This document shows positions 42,284 through 54,056 of a stretch of 64,000 bases of DNA, one piece after another. The stretch lies in assembly GCA_965205675.1 (NCBI GenBank), contig OZ242186.1, forward strand, positions 896,001 through 960,000. The letters are read 5' to 3'. Positions within the stretch are counted from its first letter, which is position 1. Every line of letters starts with the position of its first letter. The DNA comes from Nitrosopumilus sp. (lineage in GTDB: Archaea > Thermoproteota > Nitrososphaeria > Nitrososphaerales > Nitrosopumilaceae). The translations under genes and the position numbers were made by a program. The notes below the pieces were generated by a model. It saw only the letters and a list, made by a program, of their open reading frames with translations. It did no database searches and was not told the origin of the DNA.

Positions 42284-45238
42284 ATGGGCAAAATTCCAGT
42301 CGTACTAAGCATGTTTGTCTTGCTTTTGATGCCTGTATATGCATCTGCTCAAACTCCTGATAACATCACAATTCTTGAAAATTTTGGAGAATATGACAGG
42401 GGTGAACCTATGTTTGTCTATGGCCGAATTGCAAGTTTGGTGGATGACTCTTTTCTAATAATGCAGATTCATAATTCTCAAGGAGATTTATGCCAAATTC
42501 AACAATTACTTCCATTGCCCAATGGTGATTTCATCACTGATGTAATTCCACTAAAGGGCAGAATTTGTGGTATTTCTGGAGAATATGAAATAAAATTATT
42601 CTATGGTGATTATTCAAAATCTACTGGTTTTACTGTTTCATCCAATGCTTATTCTCAAGCAACTGAGCCTCAAATGATCTCTGTGGCTCAGGATTTGATA
42701 TCTTCTCAAAGTTCTGTCATTGGCAAACTATTTGATATTCCTCCTCCTATTCCTAATTCTGCTTCCAGTGATCTAGAAGAACTCAAATCTGATTATGTTG
42801 AATTGTGGAGTGAATTTTTTGTAGATGACCTTATGATTGAAATTGATCCCTTGATTAGACCTGCAGTATCTTCATCACTACATTCAGTTCAAAAATTACT
42901 AGGTGAAGATGAGATTTCTTTTGAAATTGCAAAGTCTATAGATAAGATGATTTTTGCTGCTGTATTTCATTATGAAATTGGAGATAAAACCACTGCAATT
43001 AATTTAATCTCTGATGCTTTTGTAGATATCAAAAATGTTAATCCTGAAAAAATCACAAAGAGAACTCCTACTTTTGATGAATTAGAGGCCACACTCTTAA
43101 GTTTAATGAAAAAATCTAACACTGTTATGAGTAAACTTGTTAAACATGAGATTGGGTTTATTTTTGCAAGGGGAACAGCTCCTATCTATTCTGATGAATT
43201 AAACCAACTCATTGATGTTCTTTCCAAATCAAGATATCTTGATGTAGTTTCTAGGAAGCAAAGTGATTTGTACAGCCTAGTTCAAAGCGATTGGGAATCT
43301 CTCAAATCTATTCTGGTGGAGATAGAATCTCTAGCCGAATTGCTTAATTCATCTGCTCGTGTTGCTGAATTACACCAAGCAGCTATTCTTTTAAGGGAAT
43401 TAGACAATGTTGATAGATTTATCTTCTCTGATTCTGAAGAAAATAGTGATCTTGCTAATTTGATTCAGCCTGACTGGAATGCTTTAGAACGGGATCTGAC
43501 CTCGGCTAATTCTGTTGCAGACATTTTGGAATTTGAGTCTGAGATTCATCAGATGACACAAATCATTGATATCTCATCTAGAATCCACAAAAGCGTTGAA
43601 ATTTCTCAAAGCACTGGAGTCAACTCTGTATTTGTCAATGATTGGGAGTCTCTTTTAGATAGAGTTGAAAGTGCTAATTCTGTTGATGATATCTTGGATA
43701 TTGTCTCTGAATTTGATCAATCCATGATTGAACTCAGAGAGAAGAGAAACCCTCTTGTTGTTTTAGAATTTGAATATAACACTATGAAAGAAAAAGCAAA
43801 GCTTCAGGCTGATTATCAAAATTTGGTTTTAATTGATGATGCACTCCAAATTTTAAAGACTGCCAAAGACATGGAATCTGGCAACCCTTCCATTACTAGA
43901 ATAGACAGAATTGAGGTCTTACTAAGTTGGATTAGTGATATAGCTCCTCAAATAAAAGAGGATTTGAATTCATACAATAAAGATGCATACAAAGTTCGTG
44001 CAAGTGACATTTTACAACGTGCAAAATCTCTTGAAAATTTAGTCGATCTCAGTTTAACTAAGAATAGATTCCTTCCAAACTATATCGAATTCACTGAAAC
44101 TTTCGGTGAGAAAATTGATGATGTGCGTGATCTTGTAATCCAAAATCATCTTGATCAAGCTGATGAATTAATTCGTGATTTATTTGACGAATGGAGTTTG
44201 GTATCTAAAGCATACGCTAATGACCCACTTGGTTCTGATGTCGGTTATACCACAGATGAACTCAAACGTATTGATTTTCGTGAAAAATTAGATGCTTATT
44301 CAAATATGGTATCTAAATTTTACAACTCTGGTTTTTCAGAATATGTTGATGAATATGATCAAAAGATGGCTCAAGCAAACAAATTCATTGATCTGGCAAA
44401 CTTTGTAGATGCTGAATCAAAGATTCTAGAAATTGGCGATTATCTTAGTGATCATTTGGTACTCAATGATGAGAATATTATTTATGATATTTTCTTTGAT
44501 GCTGAAAAAGACATTTGGGTGATTAACGGTGCAACTGAGAAATCTGTCTTTGATAGGCGTGAGAATCTGTATGTTACAGTGTATGATATGGATGGAACTA
44601 CTCATAGCAGTCTTGAATTTACTGATACTAAACAAGGTAATTTCTTTACTCAATGGATAGCTCCTACTGATCCTGGCTTGTATGTTGTCATGTTGCAGTA
44701 TAAGGACTCCAAGGCATCACAAATTGTACATGTTGAGGAAGAATTTGAGTATGAATATGATGCTGTTGATTTGAGTATGGTTGAATTGGCTCGAGAATTT
44801 TCAGAATTAGAATCATTTGTAGAAAGATTTGGCAGTGATGACTTTGTTCAAAACCCTAGATTTGCATCTGTTATAAATGAAATTGAATTTGCAATTAGGG
44901 ATAAAGATAAAGATGATGTTAATGACAATCTTAACGAACTAAAAACACTAATTGAGAGATATCTTCCTGTAAGATCCCGTGATGCAGTAGTTGAAGCAAT
45001 CTATGATGATGATAAATTAATTGTATCCGGAGCTGTCCAGAAAACTCTTGCCTTTAGAGAAGATCTTTTTGTAGATGTTTATGATCAAAGAGGTACTTTA
45101 ATTGAAGAGATTGCTCTGAAAGATAATTCTTCTGGATTATTTACTGAAGTTCTCTCTCGTTCTTTTGATCCTGGTGTATATGTAACACAATTACAATACC
45201 ATGATGTAATAGTTACTGGATTTTTTAATGTAAAATAA
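42284..45238 (+). CDS. Large acidic secreted hypothetical protein
   Basis: 984 aa, signal peptide, helical middle region, PGxYV-ending beta modules. Confidence 0.75.
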   Translation: MGKIPVVLSMFVLLLMPVYASAQTPDNITILENFGEYDRGEPMFVYGRIASLVDDSFLIMQIHNSQGDLCQIQQLLPLPNGDFITDVIPLKGRICGISGEYEIKLFYGDYSKSTGFTVSSNAYSQATEPQMISVAQDLISSQSSVIGKLFDIPPPIPNSASSDLEELKSDYVELWSEFFVDDLMIEIDPLIRPAVSSSLHSVQKLLGEDEISFEIAKSIDKMIFAAVFHYEIGDKTTAINLISDAFVDIKNVNPEKITKRTPTFDELEATLLSLMKKSNTVMSKLVKHEIGFIFARGTAPIYSDELNQLIDVLSKSRYLDVVSRKQSDLYSLVQSDWESLKSILVEIESLAELLNSSARVAELHQAAILLRELDNVDRFIFSDSEENSDLANLIQPDWNALERDLTSANSVADILEFESEIHQMTQIIDISSRIHKSVEISQSTGVNSVFVNDWESLLDRVESANSVDDILDIVSEFDQSMIELREKRNPLVVLEFEYNTMKEKAKLQADYQNLVLIDDALQILKTAKDMESGNPSITRIDRIEVLLSWISDIAPQIKEDLNSYNKDAYKVRASDILQRAKSLENLVDLSLTKNRFLPNYIEFTETFGEKIDDVRDLVIQNHLDQADELIRDLFDEWSLVSKAYANDPLGSDVGYTTDELKRIDFREKLDAYSNMVSKFYNSGFSEYVDEYDQKMAQANKFIDLANFVDAESKILEIGDYLSDHLVLNDENIIYDIFFDAEKDIWVINGATEKSVFDRRENLYVTVYDMDGTTHSSLEFTDTKQGNFFTQWIAPTDPGLYVVMLQYKDSKASQIVHVEEEFEYEYDAVDLSMVELAREFSELESFVERFGSDDFVQNPRFASVINEIEFAIRDKDKDDVNDNLNELKTLIERYLPVRSRDAVVEAIYDDDKLIVSGAVQKTLAFREDLFVDVYDQRGTLIEEIALKDNSSGLFTEVLSRSFDPGVYVTQLQYHDVIVTGFFNVK

Positions 45239-46453
45239 TTACTTTTTATTTTTAATCAAACTAAAGAGTTGTCTGACTGCCAATTTTGGATGATGTGCTG
45301 CTAGCTTGATCATGCTAGATAATCCAAAATCTGCTTTAATGAAATCAATAAACTCTTCTGGTTTTAATTCCTTGATGATATCTAGTTCTTTATCCCACTC
45401 TTCATCTGTAAGGCTAATCCATCTATTTTGAATTTTGCCTGCTGAATTAATTTTAGATTCAATTTCTTTTCTCCAACTATCTTCATAGGGATATAGTGAT
45501 GCTTTGTCTGTTTTACCTGATTTTATTGCATCTGAGGCTACTTTTCCTGCAACTCTTCCAAATTTTATAGCATATCTTATTCCCTCCAATACCAAAGGAT
45601 TTGCTTGACCTGCTGAATCTCCTACCAATATCAAATTATTAAAAACAGTTTTTCTAGACAATCCGTCATTTGGAATTAATCCGTAATGAAACTCAATTTC
45701 TGTCATTTTTCCTAATTTTTTTATGGGTCCTAATCTTTTCTTCATTATTTCTTTTAGTCTTTGTGTGGGGTCTACACTTGATTCTGGCTTTCCGATCCCC
45801 ACTCCCACTCTTACAATGTTACCTCCTAATGGAAAAATCCACGCATATCCTGCAGGCGAATACTCTTGTCCTACCATTAACCACCATGTGTCTGCATCTT
45901 CATTTTCTACTCTGACCTCATATTCTGCACCTGCCCCAAATCTTTCCCATTGTGGTGCAAAATTCATGGCTTTGCACACTGTTGATTGGAATCCACTTGC
46001 GTCAATTACTACTTTGGAATAAAATGTTGTTTCTCCTTTGGGGCCTATGCCTTTCACTCCTACAATGTCTTCATTTTCATTTTTGATAACATTCTTGATG
46101 TTCATTTTTACAAAAATATCTGCACCTTGCTTTTCTGCCTCATTTGATAGCCATCTGTATGTCTTTCTTACATCTAATACGGCTGCTCTTGGAACCGTAT
46201 CACTAATTGTTACTTTGTTGTTTGGAGAACAAAATGAAAAATTTTTGATTGGGTTAAAACAATCATCTGGTATGTCAAACTCTTTGATATTTTGAATCCA
46301 TGTCACTCCGCTGGTTCTGACTGTTTCAGCAATTGAATTTTCTTTTTCAAGTAGTGCCACTTTGATTCCATTTTTTGCAGCAGCATGTGCTGCTGATGAT
46401 CCTGCAGGACCTCCACCAACAATTACTAAATCATAATGATATTCTTGAGACAA
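45239..46453 (-). CDS. Geranylgeranyl reductase-family FAD oxidoreductase
   Basis: VGGGPAG, GYAWIFP, VGDSAG..NP..EGI. Confidence 0.88.
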   Translation of the reverse strand: MSQEYHYDLVIVGGGPAGSSAAHAAAKNGIKVALLEKENSIAETVRTSGVTWIQNIKEFDIPDDCFNPIKNFSFCSPNNKVTISDTVPRAAVLDVRKTYRWLSNEAEKQGADIFVKMNIKNVIKNENEDIVGVKGIGPKGETTFYSKVVIDASGFQSTVCKAMNFAPQWERFGAGAEYEVRVENEDADTWWLMVGQEYSPAGYAWIFPLGGNIVRVGVGIGKPESSVDPTQRLKEIMKKRLGPIKKLGKMTEIEFHYGLIPNDGLSRKTVFNNLILVGDSAGQANPLVLEGIRYAIKFGRVAGKVASDAIKSGKTDKASLYPYEDSWRKEIESKINSAGKIQNRWISLTDEEWDKELDIIKELKPEEFIDFIKADFGLSSMIKLAAHHPKLAVRQLFSLIKNKK

Positions 46454-46503
46454 TTATTCTAAATGATAAATCTCTAGGATATAATTTTGAGGAATTATCC
46501 CTG

Positions 46504-46728
46504 TTATTTTTTTAACACTGGGGTTCCGGTGGAGTCGTTTTCTCTTTCTGAATCAAAAGTTTCCATATGTCTTGGGTCTCTGTGCATAAAACTGTGAGTT
46601 TCTCCTTTTGCCTTTCTGCAGAATTTAGAATGAATTGTCTCTTCAACCTTTAGAGTTGTTTCATTTTCATGAAATAGCCGTTTTCCGCAATTTGGGCAGG
46701 TTAATTCCGGCATAAATCCCGTCAACAT
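46504..46728 (-). CDS. Small zinc-binding hypothetical protein
   Basis: CPNC...HSKFC. Confidence 0.6.
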   Translation of the reverse strand: MLTGFMPELTCPNCGKRLFHENETTLKVEETIHSKFCRKAKGETHSFMHRDPRHMETFDSERENDSTGTPVLKK

Positions 46729-46810
46729 TAAATCTATTTAGATGTTTCATACTTTGAAAATAACTCATTTTAAACCCAAACTTTAGATGTTTATTGATTT
46801 GTTATTAATT

Positions 46811-46927
46811 ATGGATGAATCTGATCTTGGATCGTTTTTCATATGGTCTGTCATTACAGGAATTATTATGCTAGTTACAGGGATTAGTTACAGGGCTTAT
46901 TCTAAAAAAAATAAAATATCTACTTAG
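46811..46927 (+). CDS. 38-aa single-TM microprotein
   Basis: MDESDLGSFFIWSVITGIIMLVTGISYRAYSKKNKIST; TM followed by a basic tail. Confidence 0.5.
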   Translation: MDESDLGSFFIWSVITGIIMLVTGISYRAYSKKNKIST

Positions 46928-46953
46928 TATTGTTTTTGTTAATTAAGAGATGA

Positions 46954-47715
46954 TTATCCTTCAGAAGCTGTTTTTCCACCATCTATATTTAGAATGGTTC
47001 CAGTAACCCAATTAGCTTCATCTGATGCTAAATATAATACTGCATTTGCAACATCTTTTGGTTCTCCCACTCTTGCTAATGGTAATCTTTCTTCCAATAT
47101 TTTCCTTGCTTGAGGATCATCCAAGTATGGCTTTATCATTCCAGAATTAATTATTCCGGGATTGACCCCGTTACATCTTATGTTTTTTCTTGCATATTCT
47201 ACTGCAATTGACTTTGTAAACATGGAGATTGCAGCTTTAGTTGATGAATATACTGCCAAATGCACTCGTGGTATTGCTCTTTCTCCTGAAATTGAACCGA
47301 TATTGACTATTGCACCATTTTTTACTTCTGACATTTTTGACAATACTGCTTTTGTCATGTGAAATACCCCTAGCAAATTCACATCAATTAATTTTTTAAT
47401 TTCGGAATATTGCATTTCATGGAAATGTACTGGATCATTAATTGCTCCTGCATTGTTAACTAGTATGTCTATTTTTCCATATGTGTCCATAATTTGATCT
47501 ACTGTTTGCAATACTTGTGATTCATCAGTTAGGTCACATGATATTGACACTGTTACCTCTTCTTTTTCTATCTCCTTTCTAGTTGCCTCTAATTGTTCTA
47601 AATTTCTTGCAATTAAAATAACTTTAGCTCCTTCTTCTACAAATCGTTTTACAATGCCTTTTCCTATGTCACTTGATGCTCCAGTAACAATAGCGACTTT
47701 ATCATTTAATCGCAT
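46954..47715 (-). CDS. Short-chain dehydrogenase/reductase
   Basis: [17 protein letters not shown]. Confidence 0.92.
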   Translation of the reverse strand: MRLNDKVAIVTGASSDIGKGIVKRFVEEGAKVILIARNLEQLEATRKEIEKEEVTVSISCDLTDESQVLQTVDQIMDTYGKIDILVNNAGAINDPVHFHEMQYSEIKKLIDVNLLGVFHMTKAVLSKMSEVKNGAIVNIGSISGERAIPRVHLAVYSSTKAAISMFTKSIAVEYARKNIRCNGVNPGIINSGMIKPYLDDPQARKILEERLPLARVGEPKDVANAVLYLASDEANWVTGTILNIDGGKTASEG

Positions 47716-47776
47716 AATATTGTATTATTTTCATAACTTATAGAATTTTTGCTGAATTTCATTCATGTTTTACTTT

Positions 47777-48649
47777 TTAGTCGTTAATTTTTTTGAGATA
47801 TTCTATGATTCCGGTATAGTCTATATCCCCCAATCCTTCTTTGATTGCATTCTCATACACTTCTTCTGCTTTGGTAAGCATGGGAAGCTCAATTTCTAGA
47901 GATTTTGCAACATTGGTCATAATTGTAATGTCTTTTTTTAAATTGGCAAGTGTAAATGTTGTATTGTATTTGCCTTCTATCATTTTGTATGCCTTTTTTT
48001 CACTCATTCCAGTTTTAAAATAAGTTGAGTTTAAGATTTCTAGGAATATTTTTGGATCAATTTCTGATTTTTTCATCAAAGTAATTCCTTCAGATAATGC
48101 TAATGCTAGCATAGTGATTTGAAGATTCATAGCTAATTTGACAGAATGTGCAATTCCGCTTTCTCCTAGGAAAAATATTTTATTTGCAATTGTTTCAAAT
48201 ATTTTTTTGCAACTATCAAAACTTGCTTTATCTCCTGATGCCATCATCATCAAATTTCCTGTGATTGCAACATTTGGACCTCCCATTACTGGAATGTCTA
48301 ATTTAGCAATGCGGGCATCTAAAAATTGTTTTGAAATATTTTTAGATTCTATTGGGTCAATTGTACTCATATCTGCAACAATCAATTCTTTATGATTTCC
48401 TTCAACAATTCCATTTTCTCCAAATGAAATTTGTCTTACTGCATCTGCATCTTTGACTATCATTATCACCAACTCTGAATCTTTTGCTACTTCTTTAGGC
48501 GAGGTTGCAATTGCAGCTCCTTTATTTTGCAAATCTATTGTTTTTTCTTTTGTTCTGTTGTATGCTGTGATTTTAAAACCCGATTTTATCAAATGCAGTG
48601 CTACTGCACTTCCTAGCATCCCTAATCCTATAATTCCCACTTTCTTCAT
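47777..48649 (-). CDS. 3-hydroxyisobutyrate dehydrogenase-family NAD(P) oxidoreductase
   Basis: IGLGMLG, DMST, DIPVMGG, KLAMN. Confidence 0.88.
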   Translation of the reverse strand: MKKVGIIGLGMLGSAVALHLIKSGFKITAYNRTKEKTIDLQNKGAAIATSPKEVAKDSELVIMIVKDADAVRQISFGENGIVEGNHKELIVADMSTIDPIESKNISKQFLDARIAKLDIPVMGGPNVAITGNLMMMASGDKASFDSCKKIFETIANKIFFLGESGIAHSVKLAMNLQITMLALALSEGITLMKKSEIDPKIFLEILNSTYFKTGMSEKKAYKMIEGKYNTTFTLANLKKDITIMTNVAKSLEIELPMLTKAEEVYENAIKEGLGDIDYTGIIEYLKKIND

Positions 48650-48673
48650 TTGGATTCCTCTGGTTTTTTCCTA

Positions 48674-49060
48674 TCAATGCCTTTCTTCATTTTGAATCTC
48701 CCAGTGTTTATTTCCAAATCTAGATGCCACAAACTCTATTTGGCCTATTGTTTTATCTCCTTTCTTTACTTTAGCAAAATCTGATTTCTTCATTTTGAAT
48801 ATCTTTTCTTTAGGTTTGTATCCGCCTTCGATAACTTTGACTTTGAATCTTTTACTTGCTTTTACGATCATCTTTCTTGCATTCTGAACGTTGCCAATCC
48901 ATGAAAACATTTCAAAATCTCCAAAATTCTCAGTAGTTACATCATATCCATACAGTCGCACTTCAAGTTTGATTGATTGTGATTTGGCTTGTTCATTTAA
49001 CCATGAGATTACTTCTTTCCCATGTCCTTTTTCAACTCCAAATGTTTCAGAATCTTTCAT
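48674..49060 (-). CDS. Hypothetical protein
   Basis: 128-aa ORF co-oriented with the dehydrogenases. Confidence 0.65.
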   Translation of the reverse strand: MKDSETFGVEKGHGKEVISWLNEQAKSQSIKLEVRLYGYDVTTENFGDFEMFSWIGNVQNARKMIVKASKRFKVKVIEGGYKPKEKIFKMKKSDFAKVKKGDKTIGQIEFVASRFGNKHWEIQNEERH

Positions 49061-49122
49061 ATACCTACACCCACAATACTAAACCATAATAATCATTTTC
49101 AAATATCTGTTAAACTAAAATA

Positions 49123-49512
49123 TTGACTCTACAAAGATATCTTATGCTTACAGTTGATTGTACAGACATCATTTCCATTAAAAATGATTTGCTTGTTTAT
49201 GTTGCAGATGAAGTTGCCGCTATTCCTACTTTGAAACACAATCAATTCACTTTATCTACTTTTGATGATGAAATTGTTGATGTCTCTAAAGTAATTTCTG
49301 CCATAAAGGGATATTTAGATTCCATAAATGAAAGCGAAAACTTTGCAGTAATTTCAAATAATGATGTGATAAATATCACATCTATTTCTGGCAGAGTAAT
49401 TGAAAATACTTCTAGTGAGTCAAAACACGAAATGTTTTCATGTACTCATTGTGGATTTGTAACACAATATCAAGTTGAACTAAATGTTCATATGAGAATC
49501 CATTATATCTAA
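49123..49512 (+). CDS. Hypothetical protein with C-terminal C2H2 zinc finger
   Basis: FSCTHCGF...LNVHMRIH. Confidence 0.75.
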   Translation: MTLQRYLMLTVDCTDIISIKNDLLVYVADEVAAIPTLKHNQFTLSTFDDEIVDVSKVISAIKGYLDSINESENFAVISNNDVINITSISGRVIENTSSESKHEMFSCTHCGFVTQYQVELNVHMRIHYI

Positions 49513-50326
49513 ATCTTTTTCAAATTACTAAACAATCAGTTTCTTTTAATTACTGACATTTTAGTTGCCATTGAAAATCCATAATGTAAAAATTTATTTT
49601 AGTATCCTAAGATGTAATTATTTGCAACCTTGATGGTGTTAAAATCTGTTCTAATCTCATCTATGTTGATTTAGTTTTCCAAAATACCATAAATTACAAT
49701 TCTGTATTGATTTTATTGACAAGTATTCCCATCTGAGATATTTTTGTACTAGTCTTGATTTGTGCTGCAATGCTGTATTTGCATAGACTAGAATATTTTC
49801 AAACTTTTTGTACAATTCCTTGAAATAATTTCAAAAACAGTGCCTGATCAAATTTTTTGTATTGCTTGAAGAATTGTGTGCCATCCTGACTCTCTGCTCA
49901 AAGATGATCTCTTCTTTTGTATGTTACATTTACTAGAATAACTATGTGTTCCTTTCTTTACTGCCCACCATATCTTATTTCTAAATGTTGTATATGCTGT
50001 AAAGATGAATTTCATCTTGTGCAAGAACTGTAAACTTTTTTGTTATTTGTGAGGCTATTTTCTTTTTAGAGTTTTTTTTAACCCAAAGTTTTTCCTCTAC
50101 AGTTAGATGAATTTGTAAATATTTTTGCAACAATCCTTCCCACACAAACCTACTTTTTCCTAAAAAGTTTGCAATGTTCTATTTTACCATGTGGTAAGAA
50201 TCTCTTGAGTTGTTTATCTGTAGTAGACAACAGTAATTTGATAAGCTCAAGTTGTTTCTTTTTTCTGTTATCTCTGATAATTTATTCCGATTGTGATCTA
50301 TAAAACTTGTGGATGAATTGTTCTTT

Positions 50327-52000
50327 CTATGGGTTTGCCGTAGTTATTGCACCTTGTGCTGCTGAGCCTACAAGTGTTGCATATTTTGCTAATGCTCCTG
50401 ACAAATAGTTTGCTTTTGGCTTTTCCCAAGACGTTTTTCTTTTAGTCAATTCTTCTTCTGAAACATGAATATCAATAACTGTAGTTTCTGTATCTATTGT
50501 AATTTCATCCCCGTCTCTTACTAGCGCAATTGGACCTCCAACATATGCTTCTGGTGCAACATGTCCTACCATAAATCCTCTTGTGCCGCCTGAAAATCTT
50601 CCATCTGTAACCATTGCAACTTTTTTACCCAAACCCTGTCCTACAAGTGCGGCAGTTGTTGCAAGCATTTCTCTCATCCCTGGTCCTCCTTTAGGTCCTT
50701 CATATCTGATAACTACAACATCTCCTTCTTCTACATCGCCTTTGGCAACTGCATCAAATGCATATTCCTCTCTGTCATACACTTTGGCTTTTCCAGTAAA
50801 CTTTGTCATTTCTACTCCTGCTGTTTTAATCACTGCTCCTTCTGGTGCAAGACTTCCTTTGAGTACTACTGCTGTTCCCGCTGAATGAATTGGATTATCC
50901 ACTGGTCTGATGATTGATTGCTCGGGTTCTGGAATGTTCATTGAATCAAGATTTTCTTGTATTGTTCTTCCTGTAATTGTAATGCAGTTTCCATTTAGAA
51001 ATCCTTTGTCTGCTAATTTTTTGAGAACAAAAGGAATCCCTCCAATTTTATCAAGACTATTCATAACGTAATTGCCTCCTGGCTTCATATCTGCAATATG
51101 TGGTGTCTTTTTTCTAATCCTTTCAAAATCATCATATGTTAATTTTATTCTAGCTTCATTAGCCATTGATAACAAATGTAAAATTCCATTTGTAGAACCG
51201 CCAACTGCGTTAAGTATTGCAATTGAATTCTCAAATGCTTCATAAGTCATAATGTCTCTTGGCTTGATATCTAATTCTAATAATTTTGCACATGTAGCAC
51301 CTGTATCATAAACCATTTTGTTTCGTCTGTCATCTTCTGCAGGTGGACTTGCACTTCCTGGCAATGCTAATCCTATGGCCTCTGAAATTGATGCCATTGT
51401 ATTTGCAGTAAACATTCCTCCACATGATCCTGAATTTGGACATGCAGTATTTTCAATATTTTCTAGCATCTCTAAAGAAATTTGTCCTGCATCATACGCT
51501 CCAACTGCTTCATACACATCAACTACTGTCAATTCTTTACCGTTTAGAATTCCTGGCATGATTGTTCCTCCATAAACAAATACTGATGGTAAATTCAATC
51601 GAGCCATTGCCATCATTGTTCCAGGTAAACTTTTGTCACATCCTGCAATACCGACAATTCCATCATATTGATGGGCTCTTACCATTAATTCAATAGAATC
51701 TGCAATCACTTCCCGTGATATCAAAGAAGATTTCATTCCTTCATGTCCCATTGCAATTCCATCACTTACTGCAATTGTTGAAAATATTCTTGGGGTTGCA
51801 CCATTTTCTGCAACGCCAAGTTTTGCTTCCTCAGCTAAAGTTGGTAATAATATGTTACAAGGTGTTGCTTCATTTCCTGTGTGACATACACCTATGAATG
51901 GTTTACTAAGATCGTTATCATCTAATCCCATAGCTTTGTACATTGCTCTGTGTGGTGCACGAGATGTTCCCTTTACAACATTTTGACTAGATATTTCCAT
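50327..52000 (-). CDS. ilvD: Dihydroxy-acid dehydratase
   Basis: [43 protein letters not shown]. Confidence 0.97.
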   Translation of the reverse strand: MEISSQNVVKGTSRAPHRAMYKAMGLDDNDLSKPFIGVCHTGNEATPCNILLPTLAEEAKLGVAENGATPRIFSTIAVSDGIAMGHEGMKSSLISREVIADSIELMVRAHQYDGIVGIAGCDKSLPGTMMAMARLNLPSVFVYGGTIMPGILNGKELTVVDVYEAVGAYDAGQISLEMLENIENTACPNSGSCGGMFTANTMASISEAIGLALPGSASPPAEDDRRNKMVYDTGATCAKLLELDIKPRDIMTYEAFENSIAILNAVGGSTNGILHLLSMANEARIKLTYDDFERIRKKTPHIADMKPGGNYVMNSLDKIGGIPFVLKKLADKGFLNGNCITITGRTIQENLDSMNIPEPEQSIIRPVDNPIHSAGTAVVLKGSLAPEGAVIKTAGVEMTKFTGKAKVYDREEYAFDAVAKGDVEEGDVVVIRYEGPKGGPGMREMLATTAALVGQGLGKKVAMVTDGRFSGGTRGFMVGHVAPEAYVGGPIALVRDGDEITIDTETTVIDIHVSEEELTKRKTSWEKPKANYLSGALAKYATLVGSAAQGAITTANP

Positions 52001-52636
52001 AACATGTCAAATTTGGATTTCCATAATTTAGACTTTCGGGACTGTTCTGATCTCTTACTTTTGGTTTTCAATGCAAAATTTCCATACTGAACAAATTTGT
52101 TTTTTAAAAGATCTCTGCAAGATTGTATAGGCTTTTTAAAATGTATGATTCGTTCTCCACAGTCCCTATATTTGCCATGTATGTCTCCTTTTGGAATCTC
52201 ATCTTTGCCAATATTTTCATATGGTATAATTCCAACAAATCAAGCCAATCATTTAATGCTTTTTTTGATAGATTAGCATTGTTTGTTGTATCTCAAAATC
52301 AATTCATTCTCTAGCCTGCATAGTATTTTTCTTCCATCTGCAACTTTGTCTTCCAATTATTCAATCATGTTTCTTTAGATGTTTTGTCTTTATTTTATCA
52401 TATTTTCAGTATGTCAACTATGAATGTTTTTTCTAATGTGTTTTTAATTATTCTGCAGTGAGTTCTTTTCCTAATGCCTTGCTACATGATTTACATTGTA
52501 TCATTTTTTATCTCCTTGGTTTTTTTCTTTTTTGATTTTATTATTGGATGACATTGTGTTGGTAAATTTTCTTCTTCGTTTAGCATATTCTTAATGTTAA
52601 TCTGAAACTAAAAAAGTTTGTATTGTTTTTCAATAT

Positions 52637-52972
52637 TTATTTATTCTTAGTTTGTTTTTTGTATTTTTTATGATATTTTTCTTTTTTTCTCTTTCTTTCT
52701 AAATCTATGATAACGTATGTTTTTTCAGTTTCACAAAGCTTCATTTCTCCTGTATGTTCATCATGAATTGCTTCAACTAATCCGTCTGATAACAATTCCC
52801 CAACAATTCTCCATGCCACATCTTCAGATACGTCAAATTTGTATGATATTGTTGAGACCTTGGTAAAAAAACCATTTTGGGAGTTTCTAATTACAAATTT
52901 TTCCACTTTTTGTTCTGTAGTTAAATTTGATTCTCTTTTTTTATATTTTTTATATGGTTTTCTTTTTAACAT
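52637..52972 (-). CDS. Basic hypothetical protein, possible winged helix
   Basis: 111 aa, helix-turn-helix-like core, Lys-rich ends. Confidence 0.55.
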   Translation of the reverse strand: MLKRKPYKKYKKRESNLTTEQKVEKFVIRNSQNGFFTKVSTISYKFDVSEDVAWRIVGELLSDGLVEAIHDEHTGEMKLCETEKTYVIIDLERKRKKEKYHKKYKKQTKNK

Positions 52973-52990
52973 TATTTTTTATCTCCTTTC

Positions 52991-53578
52991 TCAAACCTCT
53001 GTGTGTAGTGTGTCGGGGTCGTTATTGCCTGACAAATATCTGTCTCCCAACATGTTTTGCATTCTTTGATCAAATTCTTCTTGTAATCTTGTAAGATATA
53101 TTTCTGCTTCTGTTTCATCATCTGGAATTCCAGTGTCTGTATCAAAATTAAATCCTGTTGCCAAATGGTAGAATTCTTCAAAAAATTCTTTGCAGTCAAT
53201 CACATCGGCTTTTTCATCAATTGTTGCTACGAGACAATTATTTTCCAATCTGAAATTAAGACAAATTTCTTCCTCTATCATAATATCGGCCATTACTGAC
53301 ATGATGTATGCAACATGCTCTGAATCTATTTTTCCTTGATCTTTGTTTGATATCCATAATTCATAACCTTCTAAGAATTCATCAAATGTTTTAACTATAA
53401 CATCACGTATGTTTGAATCTGGATGAGATAGTTTTGATTTCCATGACTCAAAATTATTTGATTTTGCATATGTTATGTCATATGTTAATTCTTTACGAGT
53501 TTGCTCAAATTCCCAAATCTCTTTATTGGTCCACATTGGTGAATGGTTTGTTATCAATTCTCTTGTTAGTTGATCCAA
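52991..53578 (-). CDS. Hypothetical protein
   Basis: 195-aa acidic ORF. Confidence 0.6.
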   Translation of the reverse strand: MDQLTRELITNHSPMWTNKEIWEFEQTRKELTYDITYAKSNNFESWKSKLSHPDSNIRDVIVKTFDEFLEGYELWISNKDQGKIDSEHVAYIMSVMADIMIEEEICLNFRLENNCLVATIDEKADVIDCKEFFEEFYHLATGFNFDTDTGIPDDETEAEIYLTRLQEEFDQRMQNMLGDRYLSGNNDPDTLHTEV

Positions 53579-53619
53579 TGATTCTTGTCTTTTCTCCTTC
53601 TGTTTAATCTTATCTTGTA

Positions 53620-53826
53620 TTAGTTATTAATCCCCGATTTGAGAAATTCTATGGTACACTCTGTAAGTTCTTTACTTGAGTGTTTTTTAATATCATGTTT
53701 ACAATTAGGGCAAACCCCCGTACTCTCATCAGAAAATCCTTCTCCTACTTGTTTCATACAACACTCCGTCAATTCTTCTGTAGAATGGGATTCCATTGTA
53801 AGCTTACATGTAGGACACTCTGTCAA
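53620..53826 (-). CDS. Small protein with duplicated CPxCK-x5-H-x7-C motif
   Basis: CPTCKLTMESHSTEELTEC / CPNCKHDIKKHSSKELTEC. Confidence 0.7.
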   Translation of the reverse strand: MTECPTCKLTMESHSTEELTECCMKQVGEGFSDESTGVCPNCKHDIKKHSSKELTECTIEFLKSGINN

Positions 53827-53909
53827 ATTAGTACAATTTTCTTAAAACTCTGTTGCTAATAAATCATATTTGATCTTTCAAATATTTTCATGCAGTTGTT
53901 ACTAAAAAA

Positions 53910-54056
53910 TTTTAAAAAAACACAAAAAAAGTATCAGAAGGTATTCCAAATTGGGACACACCACACTATGTCTGGACGAGTCAACAAATAAAGTAGCACC
54001 CAACATAAAGCGCAGATGGTATCTTGCAGAAAATAACATCACCACATCAATTAATT
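53910..54056 (+). pseudogene. IS630 transposase fragment
   Basis: Closely similar to 59207-59352 (acactatgtctggaYgagtcaacaaataaagtagcaccc). Confidence 0.85.
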
